A DNA stretch of 64,000 nt from Amphiscolops sp. MND2022 (taxonomy: Eukaryota). Location: positions 73,842,001 to 73,906,000 of the forward strand of contig OZ076411.1 in the NCBI GenBank assembly GCA_964187785.1. Reading direction: 5' to 3'. A model generated the notes under the pieces. That model did no database searches and was not told the DNA's origin. It worked only from the letters and a program-made list of their open reading frames with translations. Below, piece by piece: positions 11,731 to 22,798 of the stretch; position 1 is the first letter of the stretch, and every line of letters starts with the position of its first letter. The translations under genes were made by a program, and so were the position numbers.

Positions 11731-12733
11731 TATTCATATCATTTCACAATCAGAGATGATGTTCTGTACAATTTTTAAAAAACCCAAAATGGCTTATTTA
11801 TTTTCAACAACAATTAGACTTCGTAGTTTCCAGGCGACATCGGTTGAAATTAAGGGCTGGAATTTCGTTGATATTTGCCAAGTATGCATTCAATTGATTT
11901 AGCTATTCCAGCTATGCATATTTGGCTATACAAATATGCCCGAGAAATAGGCTTAAAATTGCAGTTGATTGGTTTTAATTGCCTATTTTCCAATCAATCA
12001 ATTGATGTCTTAAAACTACCCAAGAAAAGAATTTTATTGAAAAATTGCAATTTATTGCTTATCAATCAATATTTTCCAATCCCTGTTTGCGAGTCTTTCG
12101 TAAAACACTTTGGAGTGTAACCAACTAGGAAAGTTTGATGTTCTTTCAAATTACATTTTTCCGTTATCCTTCTCAGATTTTTACTTTGATTTCTTGACCT
12201 TTCAACGTTTTTGAGGCGTTTCAATTTGAATTTCATCCAACAGTTGTCTGAGTTTTATGAAAGGAAACATTCAATAGCGTTTATTGATGCCAAAACAATT
12301 AATGGCGGACCATGTTCGGTAGAAAACCACCTATTATTATTTTGTTTCTTCAAAATGGTATTTGAAATCTCGTTGAGCCTTCGTTGGAAATTATCGTGAA
12401 ATGCAAGGCAACGCTAAAATATAACATAACTGTTTCGGATAACTGATTATTGGATGGAAAATTCTATTAATGATGAAATTGAAGTTGCTTTGATGAAAAG
12501 CTCACCCTTGCGGTTTTCAGTTATTTCTAAAATAGTCTTTAATACATTTTTTGGCAACGTTGTTTATTCGAATATGTACTAGTTTAAAGTATGGATGTTA
12601 ATGAAGCCTGTCAATTATTCATTTTTTGCAAATACTTATTCAATTTGAAGGTCGAAAGGTTGAATTAATACATGATTGAAATTCGTTTTGTTGACCATTT
12701 CGTACTAAAGAATACCAATCCCTCACAGTGCCA

Positions 12734-13407
12734 TGTAACGTCTATCATGAGGCGTTTATACTAGAGCTGGGACAATGCCCAGGTTGCTTTGACAGGAGAC
12801 CATAGTTTTAATACAAGCCTAGACATCAGCTTTTCACCCAAAAGTGGTCTCCTAGGACGTGGCTCCGAGGAGACGTGCCGGCACACTCAAAGTCCAGACA
12901 AGCACGTAAAAACTTGTTTCTAACGTGAGACTGCCTACATACTTCCGAGGCTTGAAAACGGCAATCAGCTAAAGTACATTATATTAGGTAAATGCAGTGC
13001 AAATAGGGGATCTAACAGATGAAACAACATCATACACCGGCAATTGTTATTAATTAATCACAATACACGCTAAGAAAACATCTAAAACAGTCTTAGCGGG
13101 TTTTGGGTCTGTGGAACAGTCCGTAAAAAGTTGTATTTTTCTTCTGAGATCCGAGAGTGTCCCTATTTCCTGGATTTGTCTTAAAAACTCTCCAACTGGA
13201 TAACTCAGTGTGGAATGACGCAACACTGGGTGTTTTAGGGCTTTTCTGGTGCTTCGGGTGTGCACTATTCTTTTTCTCGTTTCTCCCTGAACCGTTTTCT
13301 TGCCTGATTTTTGGGCAGCTGAAGGTCGGTCATTTCATCTTTGTACGGTAGTTAAACGTTCTTTTTTAAAAACTTCAAACAGTGCCACCAAACTGGTGGA
13401 CGTTACA
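12734..13407 (-). mobile_element. Solo LTR (674 bp) related to the LTR of the giant Gypsy element
   Basis: Ends tgtaacgtc...gacgttaca (perfect 9-bp IR). Shares blocks gacaggagaccatagt, ggtctcctagg, gacgtgccggcacactcaaagtcc, cctacatacttccgagg and actggtggac with the LTRs at 15929 and 34349. Flanks gcca/ctac are not a TSD. Confidence 0.85.
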
Positions 13408-15928
13408 CTACTTTGTTTTTCAATAATAGCCAATATGAGGGTTTTCCTGGACTCCTGTATCTTTTTTGTGTGAAAATTTCCTGTTTCATCAATGGATTCT
13501 TCGTTCGAGTCTTGACTTTTCTGGCACGGAAAACGCGTTTCACGAGCTCTTTGAGTTTTTAGGAACTCCGTTTGTGAAAAATTTCGGGTAATTTGATGTA
13601 TTCATTTCAGAAACAAAAACATTTTCCCAGTCTTTTGATGCTCTCCTAGGTTGTTCTCCGCTGTTAGGATATTGGTGACAATTTTTTTCAGTAAGTGTTT
13701 TCCAGCATATAGGAAAAGCTTTTTTCGAACATTAATTGGGCGTCGACTTGAACAGTTCTCGTTTATTTTTCAAACTTGTTCTCTACCATACGGATTTATT
13801 GTCGGTGCCTCTGATTAGGTTTTGCCACGAAAACGGTGGAAGTTGCAACGATGGAACTCTATATGCATGAATTAGTTTTCAGATCTGTATCGTTATTTGG
13901 GGTAGTTGATGTTTGAAGTTTTTTCCCTAAAAGAGTCTTTCAGCAGCAGTCGAAACAATTTGCAGTGTCACTGCCCCTCTTGTTCATTCCTTTCTCTGTT
14001 AGCATGGCATACATAAACATGGTCCTCAGCCGCCAAAGTCAACTACCAGGATGTCATTGACTGGTTACTTTGGCTGTCGTTCTCTGCTATTCATCTGGTG
14101 AATGGATTCTTTTGAGTCGTTGTTACTTACTCTTGCTTCAAAATAATTTCAGTTGTCGGAGTTGATCTCATCGCTATTTCTTGCTCTTTTTTCATTGAAG
14201 TTGTCGCTCAAAAAGCATATGTCGCAGTCCTGTGCCTGACTCCGCTCCGGACATCAGCATTATTTTCCTTCAGAGAAATCAGTGTTTCGTTTCGACTGGA
14301 TATCAGATTGCCCGTTTGTGCTGTCCAAATTTGCGAAAAGACAGACTCGAATGCGACGAAATTTTCGTTGTTTGTCCAACTAAAGGAAACCCTGGGAAAC
14401 GCATCTAAGTTAGTGTACAGAGTACCCCCTTTCATTTTTTAGTCGGTGTTTTCGAAGACTCTTACAGTGGCTAGTTTTTTTTCGTCAGTTCAACGCGATC
14501 GGTCCACTTTTTGTGCATTAATGCACATTTACCAACTTTTACCATATGTACTTAGTACTTCATTTTTAACGCACTCAAAGCCTCTAACATGAGATAAAAA
14601 CCCATTCCAAAGCAGAAGGTCCACTTTTTTCGACACTATGAGACTTTCCTCCTTTTTCGGCACTTGACATACAAAAACTTAACATACAAAATCAGACGAG
14701 AATAAAGGGCCTTTTTTCGGCACTATGAGACTGTTTCAAAATTATCATTTTGAGTCGGATATTAGGTTTCCTCAATATATCCTCCAATAATTTTTTCAAT
14801 AGCATTCATTAACTCCGGCCTTATTCTTTTGCTGCCTCACGCTTTTTCGATTTCGCTGTCAGTAAAGTCTTTGAAAAAGGTTGATCACATTAGTTGAATA
14901 GTTCGGAAACTAAATTGTGAGAAACACGCGCATTGGCCTGTAACCAAATGTAAAATTTGTTCCATTTTCATTGCAACGGTAAAAAAGTTGTTTAATTTTG
15001 CAAAACATACGGATGGAAGTTCGTTGAGCTGTTGTATTTTGTTTGGACATAACAATTCATTTTTGAATGCAAAATTTGAACTTTTCGGCATGAGCATGGA
15101 ATATCATATCGCCATATCAGCAGTGATACGAAGCAAAAATGATTCTGGACAAACAAATAAAACAAATTTCAAGTTTCAATAAACGAGGATAATGCTGAAC
15201 TCAACCAAGAAAGTTCGAATCATGGCCTCTGTTGTCTAATTTTCAATAAAAAAAATGAAAATTGCCTTCCAACAGCCATCCCGAGCCACCACAAAAGTTG
15301 CAGTATTCGTATCGGTGGTCCACGCGCGAGACTTTGTAGGAGCATTGATGACCATCGGTAGGTTGTAATTGACACTCAACATCAGAACAGTTTCTGGAAA
15401 ATAGAAAAGTGTAAAAGAAAACTTACTCAATCTGAAAAAATTGTTGCTGATTTTCTTGGAATTTCTTTCAGTTTGTCATGGTCCCATGTTTTAGTGACGT
15501 AATTTTTTTCCGCGACGGTTTTAGGTTTCAGAGAAGTAGCATCTCGTGGTCACAACTAATGTTTTCACCGCATGTATAAAGCATGGTGCATGGATATAGC
15601 AAGGCATTTCTGAAATTTCTGCAACATTCGGTTCCATGCACTTCCATGCGTGGAACCAAATGGTTTCATTCGATAATATCATGCTATATGGAAGTGGCAC
15701 AGTTTTTCATATGAAAAATCCACTGCAACCTTGCGATAGTTTTGACTGAAGTTTACACTGTGAATTTGCTCAGACGATCACGAAAACAAAACAGTTTGAC
15801 TTTGTCAATGCCCTGATGGTTACAAAATCGTTGTTTTTCACACACTCTGCATCAAGGGTGTTCAATAAAAAAATTGCAAGTGAACTGCATTCTGCATGTA
15901 AGTTTTTAATATTGCTGAAATAAAGGAT

Positions 15929-16642
15929 TGTAACGTCAAGCAAGTAACGCACATACCAGAACTGGGACAGTACTTAGATTGCCTAGACAGGAGACCATAG
16001 TCCTATAACAAGCCTAAATACTAGTTTTTCATCCCTAAAGGTCTCCTAGGGACTTTTCCAAAACACCGTGGAGACTCCTCTTATTAGAGCTCCGTGGCGA
16101 CGTGCCGGCACACTCAAAGTCCGGACACATCCCACAAGCGTGTAAAAACGTTCCTAAGGACTTCCTGCGGTCCTACATACTTCCGAGGTCCGAAAACAGG
16201 GTTCTAGCTGAAATGCATTCTATTTCAGAAAATAACGTCTAAATACTCCATCACAAGGATCTGTCAGATCCGACATCATCAAAAATCTGTAAATCAATAC
16301 TAATGACATCAGAATCAATCAAGATGGGCATTTCTGGCATGTTTCTATTGAATTCGCGATTATCTTCATCTTCTTCGCTGTGGGACATCTGGATCTCAGA
16401 ACGTTTTCGTATTAAAAACGCATTTTTCTGGGGAGATGACACAAATCCGAGCATTTTTCTTGTTCTTCCACATCGTGTCAGTGTCTTTTCTTCTTTTTTG
16501 GGTCTGGGTGGGGTTTTTCTGTCTTTTTTTGCTTCCTTTTTGGTTTCAACGACCTGCCAGGTCGGCCATTTTGATTCGCACACTTTCTGGTTCTTGATCG
16601 AATTTTTCATCGAAAATTTGGTGCTGACTGGTGGACATTACA
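15929..16642 (-). repeat. 3' LTR of the giant Gypsy element
   Basis: tgtaacgtc...gacattaca; 710/714 identical to 34349-35062 (substitutions at 15989, 16168, 16252, 16503; no indels). YY1-like CAAAATGGCCG on minus at about 16563-16573. Confidence 0.98.
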
Positions 16643-16650
16643 TCCTCCCC
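16643..16650 (-). promoter_or_regulatory. Polypurine tract
   Basis: Minus strand ggggagga directly abuts the 3' LTR start tgtaatg. Confidence 0.75.
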
Positions 16651-17219
16651 GGGCCACTGTTTGTCGTCCTCGGCAAACGGAGAAGGATGCATCACCACTT
16701 ACAAATGGTTTTAGCAACGTGATTTTCAGTTTTTCTCTTAGATTTTACTGCTTCAAAATTTCGATTTAGCACTTTTCATTTTAGCACTTTTTGATCATCC
16801 TGGGACAATAAAAATCAGTTTGTTTAAAAACTCTTACCATTCTTTCCAAGCTAGTTTAAAAGTTCTTTTAAGTGTGGTTGCACTTTTGCGACACTTAGCC
16901 AGAGAAGCGGAGAAGTTTTTACTAAAGCTTTAATTGCACTTGTTTTGGCAGTTAGGCAGGCACCAAGCTGGGACCTACCCACCGGGTAGTTATATTAGCA
17001 AAACAATCAAAATAATGTTAATACTTTGTTAACTAAAATAGCACTTATTGTTTTGATAACTGCTGAGGCGTAATACGTTTTTGGTTAGTTTGGTTTGATT
17101 AGCCAAGTTCAGTACTTGTTTCATTCATGGCCAGTGTCATCCATAGTAGTATCGTCATCTTGCAGCACTTCATTTAATGATACGGCCAATACTTCCGATG
17201 GCGGCAGGTCTTGCTGATT

Positions 17220-20200
17220 CTAGCTAGGTAGTTCATTCAACTCTAATTCGATATCGGCTGCTAGTGTTCTCGTCAACGACGTGGGCGTGACTTCCAAAGC
17301 TTCTAGCGGCACTGTCTGATCATTTGAAAAAGCATTGGTGGTGATGACTGTGGTTGGGTTAGCTGTTTCAGGGTCATGGATGGATACATCGGTGTTGGTT
17401 GTTGTTGCAGCTATTGCAATGCTGATTTGACTTGAGGTTGACATCATGGAAGTTGATGTATTTTCAGCAGTAGAAGCCTCCTCGTGCCCTGCTGCCTGTC
17501 TCATTGAGGTCGAGCCCGCTGGGCTTAGTTCTGGCAGCTGGTCTGCGAGGTCTTGGCGTCCATATCGGAAAAATATTTCTTTGAAAGTTCCAATTGCATT
17601 TAAATAACTGTCATATACGGTATTTCCTTTGTCCCTCTGCTTGGCTATCAGACTCATGAAGATTTCCATGGCCATTTGTGGATTGTTCGGCATCTCTTCA
17701 TTCAGGGGCAAGGTCTTTCTATTGGGTTCTCTTGCGATTTTCGGAACTGTCGCTTTCAGAGTTTGAAATCCTTGGTAGATCATTCTGTCCACTATCGGCG
17801 GGTCTGCCCAATGCGTAGTGTCGGACAGGATTTTGGCTGTATCGGCTTGCGGTGTCACTCGAGGGTTGTACATTCGGGATACATCTTGTATTACTCGATG
17901 CTGTAGTCTTTCTGGAGCCTTTTCTTCGTCCACCCAGGCGTCGTTCCGCATTGGTTAGTACTCGGAGAATACCTGGCTCATCCCAGCTGGCAAAGCCTTG
18001 CAATGCTCCAGTGCTGGGTTCTATAGGAGCGTGCAACCATTCTACTAAATGAAGTTCTAGCGACATAGCAACAGCGCACCGCGCTCTGGCTCGGATCAGG
18101 GCACTGAAATTGTACTCGACCTGTTTCTTGTCTTTAATAATCGTGTATGCCATTGGTGGTCGGAAGTTGGCAAAGTTGAGCACTAGCATTTGAAAATCCG
18201 GTTGTCTGGCGTCGTCTTCAGGGTCCACAAAATGTAGAATGGATAGTGTAGGTGCTTTTGCGGCAACTCTAAGCGGCTGTGTAGGGTATCTCATTGCCAT
18301 CATTGAACCGAATATAGGCCAGACTATGGGTGCGATCATGGGGACTAGATCTTCAGTTTCTACCAACATGAGGCTGGCTATTTGCGAGGGGAATAGGAAA
18401 CCTGGCAGGTTATTGCTGTTGGGTTTTTGACTTAGCGAGTCGTCTAAAGTGCTCATCACACCAGAGACATTGACCCAGGCTGAGTAAACCCAAGCCAATA
18501 GTGTTTCGATATTCTCGGCGAGCTGGGCGCGCAACTTCAAAGCGCCTGCAGGGTCCAAAGTGTTTAGAATGGCGTTAATCCAATTCTGCTGGTTCTTGGC
18601 GAATATGAGAAAATTGAGTAGACAGGAGTTGGCTTTAGCTAGGATCAATCTCTGCACCAGGTGCACTGGGCCTTTGTAGACGGCGCCTAGACCAACGGCC
18701 ATCAGGTATGCCAGGCTTTCAGCAATTGTGGCCCTCTGCATTGCTTCTACATACAGTCTAACTTGCTGCTCATCTAAGCTGCTTTCACGCTGCACCATCG
18801 TTGGTACCCAAAATGGCGAGATATTATACAAGAATATGGGGAAAGGAATTCCATGGCTTTCTGCTGTTTCATTCAAGGTCACCTGCAGCGTCTCATGCCA
18901 AGATTGGTAAGTATGCTGTGGGTTCATTCGGTTTTCTTGCGCTGTCTTCTGGGCTAATACTGTCAACAATACCAGGGTGGGGGAAACCATGTTGGGCTTT
19001 GCGTCGATCGCTTGTATCGCCACTGGAAAAACGGTCGCGTCGGTCCGAGTTTGTTTTATTCCTTCTGTCTTCTTGAAGAGAGCTAGCAGCTCTTTGTGGA
19101 ATTTACCGTTGTGCGTCTCTCATTTAGCGTTGACTCGTCTCTCCTTTCAAACCATCCGTTGTCAATCATCTTTGCCCGTTCGTTTTCATTAGGTTCCTTG
19201 ACTCGGCGTACCCCATTCTCATCAAAGGTGCGATGCGCCATTTGCATGTCAAAGTCAAAGGCAGTAGCATCATCGGCCAGTAACTGAGAGTTTCCCTCGT
19301 ATCCGGTACAAGCCTGCAAGGCTTTTGAGATTTCCGCCAAGAGTGCAGAATAAGAGTTTTCGCCCGGACGCCAGGTTGTGGCACTCACTCTCAGGTTCGG
19401 TGCTATTATGTAAAATGACAAATTCTGTGAGTAGGATGCTTCTGATATTAGATATAACAGTTGCTGGAGTGGTTTAGGTAAGTGTACGTATCCCGGGGGC
19501 GACATAAAGACTACCCCTACGACGGGCTTCATTCGCTGCACCCGCCTGATCACATTTCTCATTGCTTCGACGTACGCAATTACCTCTCCTGTCATCACTT
19601 CTTCCGTCAGTCTACGGTTGCCTCCTTCAAAGTATTTCAGCGTTCCTCGAAGAGCCAAGTGGTCAATCATGTTGCTATATATCAGGATCGGAGGGAATGG
19701 AATTGTCTCTGTGTGGTTGACGGTGGGACCGAAGACCTTGCAGGTCACCTCGGCCATTTCCACTAGCGATGTGCAGGGCAAGTTCATCACGCGAACATCC
19801 ATCAGGGTGTTGTTCATGTTCGCCGTTGCTTTCATCGTGGAGTCCATGAACAAGGCAATCCTTGTCTTTTGCAACATCTCTTTGCCCATGGGGAGCAAGG
19901 TTGTTATGTCCCTCATGAAATCACGGCTTCTCATCAGTTGGTCATCGTATCTTGCCGGTCGTTGAATGGCTAATTTTACTTTGGAGGGGAGTGGTCTCAC
20001 AAATGATGACTTGTCTTTATGAAGATTCTCCCTTACTCTCTCGAACCAGGGAGGAATGCGGTCCAGAAGGAGTGTTGGCTTCTTTACGGGCCTCAAGTAA
20101 TGCACTCCAATCGTTGCCTTTTCGAGGTTTTCCACATCCTCTGGGCTTCCTTTGCTGGTAGCTGTTTCGAATTTCTGCACATCCAATCCTGAGTCTGGAT

Positions 20201-21354
20201 TCTCTGATTTCGCTTCTCGCTGCAGACGCACCGCGTCTCTGGCAGCAATGTCAAGCTGTCTTGCCTCTGTCTGCGATAGGAGCTCCTTAGAGAATCGCAC
20301 TCGCCTAGGCTCCGGCTGTTGCACTGGGGAAGGATTCGGGCTGGAGTTCGTTGCATCCGAGTTGGCTAAGTCTCTGGCCCTCTTCTTTTGAACTAGCTGT
20401 TCGATCTTGCTTTGTTCCTTTCGATTCAATACGTCACGGAGATCGATAGGGGCCTTGGCTGCTTGCCTTTCTGCTAATTCTTGCTGTTTCTGTTGTTCTT
20501 GGCGTTCTGGGTCGGCCTGAAAACCTATTAGGTGATGTGGGTCCTGCGACGTTGAAAGTAGCAAGGCATCGTAAGAGTCTTGAAATCCGATCATATCTGT
20601 CATGATGGGCACGTCGAGCGGGTTCCGCATCATTATGGTTCTCGGTCTTTGTCTTGTATTTTGGGTGGCATCTTCATCGTTCTGCGCGCTCGTGTGCGCT
20701 TCTTCTACCCCTTCCCCCCTGAAAGAAGAAAGGATCATGAGTTTGTTGTTCTCTTCCAGGCGCCTGACACTAATTGGGGCGGATGATGGTGGGAGCGTCA
20801 ATAGTGGCGGAGGCACTGTTGGCAAAAGGCATGCGAATTGCTGTGTGGGTGGTGGTTGCGTTGATTGACAGTCGCGGGCGATCTCAGGGGCAGTTATCGA
20901 CGATATTGCAGGTGCTTGCGTCAGGTTCGTTTGAAGACGTCGTTGCTGCTCCATGGGAGGCCTATTAGGCTCACCATATCTCAGGTGCGATCTGTGGTCA
21001 TCAAAATGGTGGGTGAGATCGTGACCTTGTCACGCGCCATTGTGGAATTCCGCAGTTCTGCGGTAAGATCCAATTCCAATTGATATGGAGAGGGTGAAGT
21101 CCGGATGTATTTCGAGAGATTGCATTTGAGCAATTAGTATGGCCATCCCGGTCACCAGTGATGGAGAAGGGGCCTCTTGTAGGGTGGATTGGACCAGACC
21201 AAGCTGGTCAATTCTGGTTTGAGATTCTTCGACAGGCAGCGAGGACACGGGAGATTCTTGCGTGGCAATCGTCGGCTGTTGTGATTGCTGCTGGTGCTCG
21301 GTTGCGAGCTTGTTTTTGATGGAACTGGCATGCGGGTTTTAGCCGATTGATCCA
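17220..21354 (-). CDS. ORF2 of the Gypsy element (env position), ~1,350 aa when repaired: low-complexity N-terminus, SGNH-like domain, unassigned helical domain, Ser/Thr-rich tail
   Basis: Track ORFs 19083..20954, 17719..19023 and 17220..17951 overlap and join by single frameshifts at about 19115 (..STLNE/..KFHKELLALFKK..) and about 17950 (..GILRVLT/PMRNDAW..). Upstream piece 21030..21248 is in frame with 19083..20954 across one TGA. The N-terminal frame and the start (ATG 21354, MDQSAK) are uncertain. Confidence 0.7.
19315..19860 (-). other. SGNH/GDSL-hydrolase-like domain within ORF2 (degenerate)
   Basis: Block pattern IALFMDST (GDS-like block I), RVMNLPCTSL (block II), ILIYSNMIDH (GxND-like block III), VVFMSPPG, and WRP where DxxHP is expected. 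Pattern recognition only. Confidence 0.6.
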
Positions 21355-21460
21355 TTAAAGAGATAAGTAGCGCCTTGGATAAATGACTATGGTGGATATA
21401 CCGCAAATGTGATGATATATGACTGGCTGCGTCAAGTGCATGGGAATTGACAGGACTGAA

Positions 21461-21488
21461 CTAGAAAAAGGAAAACAACAGACGTCAA
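21461..21488 (-). promoter_or_regulatory. 3' splice acceptor upstream of ORF2
   Basis: Minus strand ttgac (branch-like, 21488-21484) gtc tgttgttttcctttttctag| in the ORF1-ORF2 gap, about 105 nt before ATG 21354. Confidence 0.6.
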
Positions 21489-21663
21489 TTTGAGCTAAAA
21501 TATTATTGCTGATGAGTGCAATTGATATGATAAACATTAAAAGACAATAAGATAAAACAGATTCGACAATTCACGTTAAAACCTAGTTCAGGAATTGACC
21601 CAAACAACACATATGCTAAGAACAGGACGAGTGGCCTCCCTTATTTTTTTGTACCACAGTGAT

Positions 21664-22798
21664 TCAGTCAAATTTGTATTTTACATGGTTATGGTGTGTC
21701 CTCACTAACGCAATTGATACAAACACCCTATCATGGAGGATTATGTCGATATTGGAATCAATGAAATGATCTTTCAACATTGAATACCAAGCTGGTAGCA
21801 TGTTGATTGATCTTTCAGGGTCATGGATGGGAAAATAGATACGGGTGATTTGTGCTCGTGTGAGATTCTGCACCAGGTCTATTAGGCACAGATGTAGCAC
21901 ATCATGTAAAATGGGGGTGTTTACTAGAGGTTCTGGTGATTAACAGGAACATTTCGTTATTCCACGGCGTTGCGGGTGATCTAGTGAGGTGAATAGCCTT
22001 TCCTACGGCTGGGCGTAGTCGGAAAATTTCCTCCTGGCCATATTCCCTGATGACGTAGCGCGCCATTGCTGAATATGACAGAAGATCTGCCGGACAGCAT
22101 ATTACTACGGTACCCCTGGCTTGCAAGATGTCAGTTTCTTCGTAATGAATCCACGATAGATAGTTCGGTTTGATCTTCGGATGCGTTATCAATAGTTTTC
22201 CCGTGACTGTGCTTTGATTGTCTTGACTTGGTGTGAGATGATCCAGAATGGCCTTACGGTCTTGCCACACTGTTCTGCGTAAAGGTCTGTCTCCCAAGTT
22301 CGTGCAAGACCAATCGTGAACTACGGAGAGTGCTTCCAGCACGGTCATTGGGTTCTCGAAGGTATACGTGTGTTTGTCTAACAGGCGTATTTTGGCTTGG
22401 CGACAAAAGATGATAGCTAGGAGTAGTAACCAATGTTGACTGAGGAATTTCCCACGATAAATATCTGCTAGATGGAAGCATAAGGTGTCCTCGAACTCTA
22501 CAAGCGTACGCAAATTTTCCAAGCAAATCAGTAGAATTCCTGGAGTCACTAGTGATGTCTCGTCCAAAGAGGTGACCAATAGCCACCAACCAGCCGTTGG
22601 GTGATACACATCTCCAGGAGGGGAGGTTACACCATATTGCTGCCAAAGTCTTCGCGCGGTGATACAGCGGACCATTGCTATTCGTGTGTCACTTGGTTCT
22701 ATTTTGCCAAACATCATCGATGGTGGTAGTGGGGGTATGATTGCGGTCAACGTGAATTCTATTCCACTCTTCTCGTGCCATGTCCATTCCTTAAATCG
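21664..22798 (-). CDS. C-terminal extension of pol: two tandem TARG1/OARD1 (Poa1p-like) macrodomain-like repeats
   Basis: In frame with pol across one TAA (22799-22801). Repeat 1 about 22790-22376 (GDVY..WWLLVT..TPGILLICLENL..LCFHL..G..L..W..L..IF..IRL). Repeat 2 about 22156-21730 (YEETDIL..VVICCPADL..MA..I.REYG..G.AI..FLLITR..KHPILHDVLHLCL..ITRIYFP..W..ML..F..IDIIL). An extra base in the G5 run at 21913-21917 splits repeat 2. Confidence 0.72.

Noticed and set aside
16303-16722. Hydrophobic + strand ORF in the LTR (also 34723..35139)
   Set aside because: Antisense to a purine-rich U3; its C-terminus differs between the two LTR contexts; hydrophobicity follows from T-richness.
17220-21354. 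ORF2 as a conventional envelope glycoprotein
   Set aside because: No evident signal peptide, Cys-rich ectodomain or strong TM helix; only mildly hydrophobic stretches.
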